Source of the DNA: Nannocystis bainbridge
Lineage (GTDB): Bacteria > Myxococcota_A > Polyangia > Nannocystales > Nannocystaceae
Direction of reading: 5' to 3'
Length of the DNA: 64,000 nt
NCBI RefSeq assembly: GCF_028368995.1
Contig: NZ_JAQNDL010000003.1
Span: 1,472,001-1,536,000, forward strand
Position 1 is the first letter of the stretch; every line of letters begins with the position of its first letter. Shown piece after piece: positions 1 to 15,700 of this stretch. The position numbers and the translations under genes are program-made. The notes below the pieces were generated by a model. That model saw only the letters and a list, made by a program, of their open reading frames with translations, searched no databases and had not been told where the DNA came from.

Positions 1-2
1 CC

Positions 3-338
3 GATTACGCCCGCGGCGCCCTCGGCACCGAGTCGACCTTCTATCACCGCATCGCCGCGCCGATGTGGTTCTACGAATTCACCGACGACAGCTACGCCCC
101 CGCCCGCGCCGCCGCGGCCCTGCGTGGCTGGTACAGCCGCGCGGACTCCCACCATCGCGCGATCTCCCCCGCCGACCTCGGCCTGCGCCGCGTCGGCCAC
201 TTCGGCCCGTTCCGCCCCGGCCCGCCCGAGCGCCTGTGGGACGAATGGCTCGGCGTGATCACCGGCGAGGCCCGCCCGGTGCTGTCGACCGACGATTACA
301 AGGACTCCGCGGCAGCCCGCGCGACCCCGAACGCGTGA
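3..338 (+). CDS. Alpha/beta hydrolase family protein, C-terminal part (5' truncated by window edge)
   Basis: Open frame from window start; ...FTDDSYAP...PADLGLRRVGHFGPFR resembles the Asp/His region of predicted alpha/beta hydrolases. Confidence 0.55.
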   Translation, partial: DYARGALGTESTFYHRIAAPMWFYEFTDDSYAPARAAAALRGWYSRADSHHRAISPADLGLRRVGHFGPFRPGPPERLWDEWLGVITGEARPVLSTDDYKDSAAARATPNA

Positions 339-350
339 TCGCCAGCGGTC

Positions 351-474
351 CCTCGGGACATGTCCGTTCGCGCATGTCCTGAAGACCCTCGAGAGACGGA
401 CCGCCACCGCATCGATCCGCCTCGGGACATGTCCGTTCGCGCATGTCCTGAAGACCCTCGAGAGACGGACCGCC
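351..474. repeat. Two exact 55-bp direct repeats (351-405, 420-474), each with a CATG-N10-CATG pair
   Basis: cctcgggacatgtccgttcgcgcatgtcctgaagaccctcgagagacggaccgcc occurs twice, period 69; CATG at 359/373 and 428/442; further pairs at 486/500 and 562/576. Confidence 0.9.
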
Positions 475-734
475 GCGTCGTTTCACATGTCCCGAAGGAC
501 ATCGACTTCGCCGCCGATCTCCGCGTGACCCGGCCGCTTTCCTCGCGCACCGCGATCACGACATGTCCTTCGAGACATCCCGCTGCCGCCCGTCGCCGCG
601 CGTGAGCCGGTGCGGGGCCGCGGGGCCGCGGCCCGCCCTGGCCCGTCCAGCCGCGAATCAGGCCCCTGCGGCCCGCCCATGCGGACGCCCGCGCCCTCGC
701 GGCCGCCTCGCAACTCGACTACGATGGCCGGGCG

Positions 735-1325
735 ATGGACACCCACCGCTTGCGCAACCTGACCTTCCTGATGTCGCTCGGCGGCCTCTCGGCCGCGTGC
801 TTCAGCGACAACGGCCCGCACGAGGGCGCCAGCGGGCCGGGTGACACCACCGGCGGCACCACCAGCGACCCCGGCACCACCGGCGACCCCGGCACCACCG
901 GCGACCCCGACACCACCACCACGACCTCCGGCGCCGACGAGACCACCGGCACCACCGCGCCCGCGACCGCCACCACCGGGCCCGACACCACCACCGACGC
1001 CGCCACCACCGACCTCGAGACCACCTCGACCACGGATCCCGGGCCCGACACCGTCGTGTGCATGCAATACGTCGCCACGTACATCGGCTGCTACCCGCGG
1101 CTGGTCCAGTACCTCGACGCGATGGTCACGGACTGCGAGATGGTCATCACCCAGGGCCACGAGATCGACGGCCCCATGTGCAGCGACACGTACGCGGAGC
1201 TCTACGCCTGCCTGGGGGCGCTCGACTGCCAGCAGCTCGCGTTCGAGTTCGAACACTCGTTCCACTGCGCGATCCAGCGCGAGCTGATCGACCAGTTCTG
1301 CCCGGAGACCGGCAAGGACTTCTGA
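735..1325 (+). CDS. Putative lipoprotein with Thr/Gly/Asp-rich linker and Cys-rich C-terminal domain
   Basis: Lipobox-like LSAAC, DPGTTG repeats, 8 Cys in the C-terminal domain. Confidence 0.75.
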   Translation: MDTHRLRNLTFLMSLGGLSAACFSDNGPHEGASGPGDTTGGTTSDPGTTGDPGTTGDPDTTTTTSGADETTGTTAPATATTGPDTTTDAATTDLETTSTTDPGPDTVVCMQYVATYIGCYPRLVQYLDAMVTDCEMVITQGHEIDGPMCSDTYAELYACLGALDCQQLAFEFEHSFHCAIQRELIDQFCPETGKDF

Positions 1326-1335
1326 GGCGCCACCC

Positions 1336-2181
1336 ATGCTGTTCGTCTCCGGCACCAAGCGCAGCGGCACCTCGATGTGGATGCAGGTCCTGCGGGCCGC
1401 CGGCTTCCCGGTGCTCGGCGAGGCCTTTCCGCGCGGCTTCACCGAGGCGCTCCACCAGGCCAACCCGGCCGGCTTCTTCGAGTCGATCCTCCGCCACGGG
1501 GTCTACTTCCGCACCAACCCCCACCCGGTCACCGGCGAGTACTTCCTGCCCGAGCAGGTCGAGGGCTACGTCGTCAAGGTGTTCGTGCCCGGCGTCATCC
1601 GCAGCGAGCGCGCCTACATCAGCCATCTCGTCGCCAACGTCCGCGAGTGGCGCGAGTACGAGGCCTCGGTCCTGCGCCTCTACCAGCTCGAGCGCGACGG
1701 CATGGCCGCGGCCGGCCAACCTGTCCCCGAGGACAGCGTCTACTTCCCGCCGGCCTACGAGTGGTGGATGGAGAACTTCGCCCTGGTCCGCGACATCAGC
1801 CTGCGCCGCTACCCGGCCCGCCTGATGACCTACGACCAGGTCCTCGACGACCCGGTCGGCACCCTCACCGGCGTGCTCGCCTGGCTCGGCCGCGGCGACC
1901 TGGCCGCGGCCCTGCCGACCATCCAGCCGGCCTATCGCACCCAGACCCGCCCGAGCTCCGACAGCGTCCCGCCCGCGCTGGCCCGCGTGTTCGACGACCT
2001 CTACGCCGGCGTCGCCGCCCAAAAACCATTCCCCGAGTCGCTGCTGCGCGACCTCAACGCGACCAACCGCGCGCTGCTGCCCGAGCTGACGGAGATCCAG
2101 CACCGCGTAGCCGTGGCCCAGTCGCGCTCGCCAAAAGGCCCGGCGCCGACCCGCCCCGCCGGCCTGCCCGACCTCGATTGA
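1336..2181 (+). CDS. Sulfotransferase-family (P-loop) protein
   Basis: N-terminal VSGTKRSGTSMWM PAPS-binding-loop-like motif; YDQVLDDP motif; 10 bp after the upstream gene. Confidence 0.65.
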   Translation: MLFVSGTKRSGTSMWMQVLRAAGFPVLGEAFPRGFTEALHQANPAGFFESILRHGVYFRTNPHPVTGEYFLPEQVEGYVVKVFVPGVIRSERAYISHLVANVREWREYEASVLRLYQLERDGMAAAGQPVPEDSVYFPPAYEWWMENFALVRDISLRRYPARLMTYDQVLDDPVGTLTGVLAWLGRGDLAAALPTIQPAYRTQTRPSSDSVPPALARVFDDLYAGVAAQKPFPESLLRDLNATNRALLPELTEIQHRVAVAQSRSPKGPAPTRPAGLPDLD

Positions 2182-2183
2182 TA

Positions 2184-2243
2184 CATGGCCGATCCGACAT
2201 GTCCATTTCGACATGTCGTCTTGACCATGCCCTTGAGGACATG
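2184..2243. repeat. 14-bp-phased CATG array (5 cores)
   Basis: CATG at 2184, 2198, 2212, 2226, 2240. Confidence 0.9.
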
Positions 2244-2369
2244 TCCGTTCCGCCACCTCGGCGACGCCCTCCGCCCGCGCGCCGGTGATGCTCGCCTTCG
2301 CGCATGTCTGCGCGCGGTCGAGGCCGGTTGCGGCCGCGCGCGACGGCGGTCAAGCTCGGTCCACCCTCG

Positions 2370-3176
2370 ATGTCCGCGCTGAAGCTCGCCACCTACAACA
2401 TCAACGGCATCCGCTCGCGCCTGCCGATCTTGCTGCAATGGCTGGCCAAAGAGCAGCCGGACATCGTGTGCCTGCAGGAGCTCAAGGCGGTCGACGCCGA
2501 CTTCCCGGTCGCCGAGCTGCGCAAGGCCGGCTACGGCGCCCTGTGGCACGGCCAGCGCTCGTGGAACGGCGTGGCGATCCTGGCGCGCGACGGCATGCCG
2601 CTCGAGAGCCGCCGCGGCCTGCCCGGCGACCCCGACGACACCCAGAGCCGCTACCTCGAGGCCGCCGTGCACGGCGTGCTCGTCGGCTGCCTCTACCTGC
2701 CCAACGGCAACCCGCAGCCGGGCCCCAAGTTCGACTACAAGCTGGCCTGGTTCGACCGCCTGATCGCCCACGCCGCCACCCTCTGCAACGCCGGCATCCC
2801 CGCCGTGCTCGCCGGGGACTTCAACGTCGTGCCGACCGACGCCGACATCTACAACCCCAAGTCGTGGCGCAAGGACGCCCTGCTGCAGCCCGAGAGCCGG
2901 GCCCGCTACGACCGCCTGCTGGCGCAGGGCTGGCTCGACAGCCTGCGCCACCTCCACCCCGACCAGCCGATGTACACGTTCTGGGACTACTTCCGCCAGC
3001 ACTGGCAGCGCGACGCCGGCCTCCGCATCGACCACCTGCTCCTCAACGCCGAGCTCGCCCCGCGCCTCCAGACCGCCGGCGTCGACCGCTGGGTCCGCGA
3101 CCTCGAGAGCACCAGCGACCACGCGCCGACGTGGATCACCTTCACCGGCTACGCGGTGCCCGCCGACGACGACTGA
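2370..3176 (+). CDS. xth: Exodeoxyribonuclease III
   Basis: ATYNINGIR, CLQELK, YLPNGNP, GDFN, RIDHLL and SDHAP motifs. Confidence 0.92.
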   Translation: MSALKLATYNINGIRSRLPILLQWLAKEQPDIVCLQELKAVDADFPVAELRKAGYGALWHGQRSWNGVAILARDGMPLESRRGLPGDPDDTQSRYLEAAVHGVLVGCLYLPNGNPQPGPKFDYKLAWFDRLIAHAATLCNAGIPAVLAGDFNVVPTDADIYNPKSWRKDALLQPESRARYDRLLAQGWLDSLRHLHPDQPMYTFWDYFRQHWQRDAGLRIDHLLLNAELAPRLQTAGVDRWVRDLESTSDHAPTWITFTGYAVPADDD

Positions 3177-3244
3177 GCGGCCGCCCGCGAGGCGCTCCGC
3201 CACGTCCGTCAGCGACGCGCGCGCTCCGGCGCGGAGCGGCTTCA

Positions 3245-3304
3245 CGTGTACGAGAGAACATGTCGTATTCGACATGACCTCAGGGACATGTCCTCATGGC
3301 CATA
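3245..3304. repeat. 14-bp-phased CATG array
   Basis: cgtg 3245, CATG 3259, 3273, 3287, cata 3301. Confidence 0.85.
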
Positions 3305-3358
3305 TCCCTGAAGTCACCCGCCGGATTCGCCGCCGCGGCCGGCGGCGCCCGCGTCACC

Positions 3359-3739
3359 TCAGGGGACCACAGGAGGAGGCGGGGGGTTCGACGGGGGCGG
3401 CTGCGCCGCGTCGCTCCGGGCGATGTTGGCGATCCAGCCCTGGGCCGTGCGGATATAGACGACGCGCTGCTCGCAGCCCGAAACGCCGACCTGGGTGGCC
3501 CAATCATCGAAGAACATGCCGTTGCCGCCGACGGCGAGGACGGTGAGCGCGAGCTTCTCGGCGGGGCAGTTGAGGTCGAAGCTGGCTCGCTGGGCGATGG
3601 CTTGCCGGTCCTGTAACCACGGGTCAGGGTTGAGGGTAAAGCCGTCGACAGCCATGGTCGGGTCGGGGCTGTGGCGACAACCACCGAGGAGGGCGAGCGC
3701 CAGCGGGACGAAAAGGAGCGGACGAGGTAGGTGCATCAT
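3359..3739 (-). CDS. Small putative lipoprotein
   Basis: LALLGGC lipobox; ASFDLNCP...GVSGCEQRVVY...W pattern; Pro-rich tail. Confidence 0.7.
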   Translation of the reverse strand: MMHLPRPLLFVPLALALLGGCRHSPDPTMAVDGFTLNPDPWLQDRQAIAQRASFDLNCPAEKLALTVLAVGGNGMFFDDWATQVGVSGCEQRVVYIRTAQGWIANIARSDAAQPPPSNPPPPPVVP

Positions 3740-4008
3740 TGTCTCCGAGAGCAGCGGTCTGACGAGAAGGGACACCCGCGGACGTTCACGGCCGCGAAGG
3801 CCGACCCCGAAGATGTCCGATGAGGCAGCTTGGATTCTGGCACCCGGCCTCGCTCGCCGACCCTGCGCAAGGAATGATGAAGCTCACGCGTCGCGCGGCT
3901 GGGAGCCGAAATCGGATGCTGTGAAAGACATGTCTTGGCGGGTAGGAGGCGCTCGCCGGGACAACGAGCGCCGAGGGACACCGACGACCCAACCCCGCGG
4001 CAGCCGCG

Positions 4009-8094
<4,086 letters not shown>

Positions 8095-8373
8095 TCTTCT
8101 CGAGTGGGCTCGCCGTGTGCGCGGCAGGTGAACCCGTCCCCTTAGCACGCAGGGCTCACCTGGCGCAATCGAGGGACCCGCCCACGATCGAGAGTAGCCC
8201 GAGGAACAGCGTCCTTCACCTCGGCGGACCGCCCGCGCGCAAAGTCAGCGGTAGGTCCTCGGAGCGCACCCTCCGGGCCGCCATCAACCCGGGTCGACCG
8301 TATCGCGCCGCGCATCGCCGCTGCTCCTCAGGCCGCTCGGTTCACCCAGCGGAGGCGGCCGCTCGCCCGGGCC

Positions 8374-9834
<1,461 letters not shown>

Positions 9835-9917
9835 GGTCCGGTCATTGTGACCGAACGCGAGCGGTCAAACCGACCGAAGTCCTGCGCGCCCCCCGGGCAA
9901 GTCGTTGAAATCAGTGC

Positions 9918-9933
9918 CGGCACGCGACCTGCG
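9918..9933 (+). promoter_or_regulatory. Putative sigma54 -24/-12 promoter for the P450 gene
   Basis: cGGCACGcgacCTGCg with GG (9919-20), N10, GC (9931-32); lies between the divergent activator and P450. Confidence 0.6.
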
Positions 9934-9945
9934 AAGGGGCGGCGC

Positions 9946-11130
9946 ATGCGAACCAGCATCGACATCCTCGCCCCCGAATTCCGCGCCGACCCCTACCCCC
10001 ATTACGCCGTCTTGCGACGCGACGCCCCCGTGTGCCTGGCCGAGCCTGCTGGCGTGTGGCTCGTCAGTCGGCACGACGAGGTCATGACCGTGCTCCGCGA
10101 CCCCGCGCGGTTCTCCTCGCAGGGCTTTCGCGCCGTGTGGGAGCCGCCGTGGCTCGACTACAACCCGCTCGCGCGCTCGATCCTGGCGATGGACGCCCCG
10201 GGCCACACCCGCCTGCGCGCGCTCGCCAGCCGCTCGCTCGGCCCGCGCGCCGTCGCCCACCTGGGGCCCGCCATCCACGCTCGCGCCGACCAACTGCTCG
10301 CCGGGCTCGCAGGTGAAGTCGACCTCGTCAGCGCCTACGCCGCCCCGCTGCCGGCCTTCGTCATCGCCACCCTGCTCGGCCTCGACGAGGCCCTCGGCGA
10401 CCGTTTCAAGCGCTGGGCCGACGACTTTTTATCCGTCACCCCCGAGCCCCTCGACGCCGCCCACGCCGCCCGGGTGCGGGCCACCATCGCCGAGAGCTCC
10501 GCCTACCTCACCGCCGTGATCGCCGATCGCCGACGCGCCCCGATCGACGACACCGTCAGCGAATTGGTGAGCGCCGAGCTCGACGGCCAGCGCCTCGGCG
10601 ACGCCGAGATCCTCGAATTCATGATCGCCATCCTGCTCGGCGGCCTCGAGACCACCACCCACCTGATCGCCACCTCGGCCCTGTTCCTCGCCGCTCGCCC
10701 CGACCTGTGGTCGCGCCTGCGGGGCGAGCCCGCGCTGGTCCCCGCGTTCGTCGAGGAGATGCTGCGCTTCGACGGCCCCAGCCAATCGCTGCCCCGCTTC
10801 ACCACCTGCGACCTCACCCTCGCCGGTGTCGACATTCCCGCTCGCTCGCTGGTGCTCGCATTGGTCGGCGCTGCCGGCCGCGACGAGCGGCGCTTCGCCG
10901 ACCCCGACCGCTTCGACCTCGACCGCCGCAGCGCCGGCGCCCTGAACTTCGGCCACGGCGTTCACTTCTGCCTCGGCGCCGCCCTCGCCCGCATGGAGGC
11001 CCAGATCGCCGTCTCCGCCCTCCTCCAGCGCTTCGCCCGGATCGATCGGCTGCCCGGCCCGATCGCCTGCAACCGCACCATGACCGTGCGCGGCCCCGTC
11101 TCCGCCCCCCTGCGCCTCCACCCCGCCTGA
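9946..11130 (+). CDS. Cytochrome P450
   Basis: DAPGHTRLR, I-helix GGLETT, EEMLRFD (ExxR), heme motif FGHGVHFCLGA. Confidence 0.95.
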   Translation: MRTSIDILAPEFRADPYPHYAVLRRDAPVCLAEPAGVWLVSRHDEVMTVLRDPARFSSQGFRAVWEPPWLDYNPLARSILAMDAPGHTRLRALASRSLGPRAVAHLGPAIHARADQLLAGLAGEVDLVSAYAAPLPAFVIATLLGLDEALGDRFKRWADDFLSVTPEPLDAAHAARVRATIAESSAYLTAVIADRRRAPIDDTVSELVSAELDGQRLGDAEILEFMIAILLGGLETTTHLIATSALFLAARPDLWSRLRGEPALVPAFVEEMLRFDGPSQSLPRFTTCDLTLAGVDIPARSLVLALVGAAGRDERRFADPDRFDLDRRSAGALNFGHGVHFCLGAALARMEAQIAVSALLQRFARIDRLPGPIACNRTMTVRGPVSAPLRLHPA

Positions 11131-11179
11131 TCGCCCGGGACGCGAATGCTCCGTGTCGCCGACCCTTCGCTCCGCTCTC

Positions 11180-12073
11180 TCACCACGGCAGCCCGGTCAG
11201 CTCGCCGTCGCGGCCGATCACCCGGTACGTCGTCGCCGCGGCCGCCGTCATCACCACCGCGTTGCCTGACAGCAACAACACATCGTGAAGGCGTTCGCCG
11301 CCCTCGGGCGCCCCGAGCGTCATCGTCAGCCCCAGCCACGCGATCAGGCGCACGAACGGGTACGCCATCGCCAGCCCGAGCAGCTGGCGACGGCCGACCT
11401 CGTCCGAATCGGCCAGCGCCGCCATGACCCCGATCAGCGCCGACGCCACGAAGTTGCGGGTCGGCCCGCCGAAATCCACGTCGATCATCGGCCCGCCGAC
11501 CAGCGCCCCCGTCAGCGCCGCCGACAGCAGCGTCAGCACCAGCGCGAGCGCCAGCACCCGCAGCGCCTGCAGCATCAGCGCGCGCCGCCGCGCCGCCACC
11601 CCCAGCGCCGCGCTCAGCACCAGCGGCGAAAACGGCGTGAAGATCAGCGCCCCCACGGCCAGCAGCGTATCCGCCTTGAGCATCGCGTAGGCCAACAGCG
11701 CCGCCGACACGCACGTGCGCGCCACCAGGCTGGCCGTCACGTGGCAATGGCGCCACAGATCGTGATGCACGTCGGTGAGCGGCACCCCCGCGGGCACCGT
11801 CACGCGCTGCGCCGACTCCTCGTCGACCAGCGCCAGCACCTCGTGGGCCGAGAACCGAACCGTGCGACGGTCGAACAGCGGCGAGCACAGCAGGGCGCGC
11901 AGGAACTCGCGGATCTTCGGCGTCGACGACTTCACCGTCATCTCCTCCGCCGGCTCCTCGCGGCCCAGAACCCGCACCTCGTGCACGCTCGCCTCGGCGA
12001 TCCCCGCCGCGCGTGCCAGCGTGAACACGGCCTCCGCAGCGCCGGGCGGCAGGGTCAGACGGATCTCCCGCAT
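11180..12073 (-). CDS. DUF389-like integral membrane protein
   Basis: Soluble N-terminus followed by about 6 hydrophobic helices; LAVGALIFTPFSPL motif. Confidence 0.55.
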   Translation of the reverse strand: MREIRLTLPPGAAEAVFTLARAAGIAEASVHEVRVLGREEPAEEMTVKSSTPKIREFLRALLCSPLFDRRTVRFSAHEVLALVDEESAQRVTVPAGVPLTDVHHDLWRHCHVTASLVARTCVSAALLAYAMLKADTLLAVGALIFTPFSPLVLSAALGVAARRRALMLQALRVLALALVLTLLSAALTGALVGGPMIDVDFGGPTRNFVASALIGVMAALADSDEVGRRQLLGLAMAYPFVRLIAWLGLTMTLGAPEGGERLHDVLLLSGNAVVMTAAAATTYRVIGRDGELTGLPW

Positions 12074-12186
12074 CCCGGGCCAGGATGGCGCAGCCGCTCC
12101 GGACCGCCAGCCCGCCCGCCCAGCGCCCCCGCGGCCGCGCCTCGCCGCGACCGCCGTCAAACGGCGCAGGCCTCGCCACCCCGACC

Positions 12187-12554
12187 ACATGTCCCAGAGG
12201 ACATCTCACGGCCGCCGCCCCCGCCGCCCCGTCATATGTCCAGAAGGACATCTCACGCCCGCCGCCCGCGTCGCACTAAACATGTCCAAAAGGACATATC
12301 TCGACTCGCCACCCCGCGCCGCCCCTGAACATGTCCAAAAGGAAATCGCAGCTCGCCGCCCATGAACATGTCCCAAAGGACATGCAACGACTCGCCGCCC
12401 CGCATCGCGCTAAACATGTCTAGAAAGGACATATCACGGCTCGCCGCCCCGCGTCACCCCTAAACATGTCCAAAAGGACATATCATGGCTCACCGCCCGC
12501 GCCGTGCACCGGCCTCCCTCGCGCCTCGCCCATCCACATGTCTCGCTAGACATC
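12187..12554. repeat. Array of 8 palindromic ACATGTCC-N4-GGACAT units with C-rich spacers
   Basis: Units start at 12187, 12234, 12280, 12329, 12366, 12414, 12464, 12536 (periods 47, 46, 49, 37, 48, 50, 72). Confidence 0.9.
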
Positions 12555-12727
12555 CCATCGCTCACGAACGAAATCGCCGACCCCGCGGCTCGCTCGTCCG
12601 CCCGCCATCCCCGCACGAATGCGAAGAGTCCGCCGCGCCGATTCGGCGCGTTATTGCCCGAGCGCAGCATGCGCAGCTTGGACCCACGAATCAACCTCGT
12701 TACCCTGCCCCTCGCGCGACCTCTCGC

Positions 12728-15700
12728 ATGACCGAGCCTCGCCCCCACCTCGTCGGCGCGCGCGTCCTCGTCCGCGGCGAGCGATGGCTCGTGCGCGCCG
12801 TCCGGGTCACCGCGGCCGGCGGCGCCGAGCTCCACGTCACCGGCCTCTCCTCGCTCGTGCAGGGCCGCGACGCCGTCTTCCTCGACGACCTCGACGACCT
12901 CGAGCTCCTTCACTCCGGGTCCACCGACCTCGTCTCCCCTCATTCTGCCCCCGACCCCCAGCAACTCGGCCCCTGCGACCCCGAAGTCCTGCTCGATCAG
13001 CTCGCCCTCGACCAGCCGCGACCGCGGATTCGCGGCGCTCGCGACATCATCGAGCGGCTCGCCGACGAATGCATCCACTGGCACCGCTGCGCCGATCCGT
13101 CCGTCATCGACGCCCCGCACCTCGCCGACCGCCTCGCCCGCGAATGCGTCGTCTACCTCTACCGCCTGCTGTTCCTGTTCTACGTCGAGGCTCGCGGCCC
13201 CAGGCTGCAGGCCGAGCCCTGGTTCACCGATGCCTATCGCCGCGCTTATTCGCTCGAGGCCCTGCGTGACCTCGAGCTCGTACCCCTCGACGCCCCCGAG
13301 GCTTGCGACGGCCACTACCTCGACGCCTCGCTGAAGCTCCTGTTTCGCCTGGCCCAGCGCGGCTACCCCGGCTTCGCCCTCGCTGGCCTTCACGGCCAGC
13401 TGTTCGACGATACGCGCATTCCCTTGCTCACCGCCGCCCGGCTGCGGAATCACGTCCTCCAGGACGTCCTGCGGCGATTGTCCTTATCGCGTCCGCTCGG
13501 CAAGCGCCCGCCTGCGCGGATCTCCTACGCCCACCTCGGCATCCACCAGCTCGGCGCCGTCTACGAGGGCTTGCTCAGCTACACCGGCTTCCTCGCCCGC
13601 GAGGACGTGCACGAGGTCCGCGCCGCTGCCGACCTCGCTGACGACGACGCCCGCACCTGGTTCGTCGCTCCCGCCCAGCTCACCGACGACCCCGGGCACG
13701 CGCTCGTGCGCGACGCAGCCGGCCTCCCCCTCCTCCACCCGCGCGGCAAATTCCTCTACCGCCTCGCCGGCCGCGAGCGTGAGAAGAGCGCCTCCTATTA
13801 CACCCCCGAGCTGCTCACTCGCTGCCTCACCCGCCACACCCTCGCCGAGCGGCTCCCCGGGGCCCGCGCCGACGACATCCTGCAATGGACAATCTGCGAG
13901 CCCGCCATGGGCTCCGGCGCCTTCCTCCACGAGGCCGTCGAACAGCTCGCCGACGCCTACCTCGCGCGCAAACAGGCCGAGCTCGGGCGCACGATCGCCG
14001 CTGACCGGTACGCCCACGAGCGACAGCGCGTCAAACATCACCTCGTCGCTCGCAACTGCTACGGCGTCGACCTCGACCCGCTCGCCGCCGAGCTCGGCCG
14101 CGTCTCGCTGTGGCTGAGCGTCCGCCACGAAGGCGCCGCCCCGCCGAACCTGTCCTTGCGGACAGCCGTCGGAAACAGCCTGATCGGCGCCCGCCGGGCC
14201 GTCCTTCGCGCCGACGACCTCGCCCGCGGCCTCCGCTGTGAACCGGCCGCCGTGCCCCTCCACGAACCGCGGCCCGCTGGCGCCGTCTATCACTTCCTCC
14301 TCGCCGACCCCGGCATGGCCGGCTTCGACGACGACCGCGCCCTCAAGTCGCTCGCGCCCGCGGCCGTCGCCCGCATCAAGTCCTGGCGCCGGCAGCAGCT
14401 CGCCGCCGACACCGCGCGCGAGCTGCCGCGGCTGGCGGCGATCTGCGCCGGCATCGACCTCTTGTGGCGCGCCCACCTCGACGAGCGCCGCGCCGCCCTC
14501 GCCGCCGTCCGCCAGCCGCTCGCGCTGTGGGGTCAAACCGACGAACCTTCGCCCCCGCTCGATCCCGTCGCCGCCTGCGAAGCCCTCGCCCGCCCCGACG
14601 CCCCCGGCCGCAAGCTCGCCGCGATCCTCGATTACTGGTGCGCCCTGTGGTTCTGGCCCATCGACCAGGTCGAAGCATTGCCCGACCGCGGGCAATGGCT
14701 CGCCGACGTCGAGCACCTCCTCGCCACCGACGACCTCGATCGCCCGGGCGATCGCCCCGCCCTCGCCGTCACCCGCCGCGTCGCCGGCGAGCAGCGCTTC
14801 TTTCACTGGGAGGTCACCTTCCCCGAGGTGTTCGCCGCCGGCGGCATGGACATCATCCTCGGCAACCCGCCGTGGACCAAGGTCGTGTGGGAGGAGACCG
14901 GCGTGCTCGCCGACCTGCACCCACGCCTCGGCCAGGGCCGCGCCGCCGCGACCCTCTCGCAGGCCGAGCGCCAGCGCCTGCTCGCCGACCCACGCTCGCG
15001 CGGCCGCTACGAGCGCGAGCTGACCACCAGCCTCGGCACCCGCAATTTCCTGAGCAGCCGGCTCTACCCGCTGCTCGGCGGCACCGCCACCAACCTCTAC
15101 AAGGCCTTCCTCGTGCGCGCCTGGTCGCTCGCCGGCCCGCGCGCCGTCGTCGGCCTGTTCCATCAGACAGGCGTGTTCGACGACCCCGCCGGCGGCCCGC
15201 TGCGCGCCGAGCTGCACCACCGCCTGCGCCTCGCCGCCCGCTTCCAGAACAAGCTCATGCTGTTCCCGGAGGTCCTTCACACGCGCCCCTACGCCTTCAC
15301 GATCTGCGGCGACCGCCGCGACGTCCCGCGATTCCGCTACGTCGCCAACCTGCTGCACCCGCGCACGCTCGACGACAGCCTCGCCCACGACGGCAGCGGC
15401 GACGTGCCCGGCCTCAAGGGCGACGACGGCGCCTGGGACCTCCGCGGCCATCGCGACCGCGTCGTCGACGTCGACGCGGCCGCTCTGGCCCTGTTCCGCG
15501 CCGTGTTCGACGCACCCGACACGCCCCTCGCCGAGGCTCGCCTGCCGATCGTGCACGCCGGCGCGCTGCTGCCGATCCTCCTCAAGTTCGCCGCCGGCCC
15601 GCGGCGCATGCTCGACCTCGCCGACGCCTATACCACCAGCGAACATTTCCACGAGACCTATCAGCAGCAGGACGGCACCATCCGCCGCGTCACCTGCCGG

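Noticed and set aside
12187-12554. Canonical CRISPR array
   Set aside because: Repeats are short (~18-20 nt) and degenerate, spacers resemble one another and vary in length, there are no cas genes in the window, and the same motif is dispersed throughout.
12485-12727. Upstream extension of the MTase ORF from 12485
   Set aside because: It runs through the repeat array with low-complexity translation; the domain-like sequence starts at ATG 12728.
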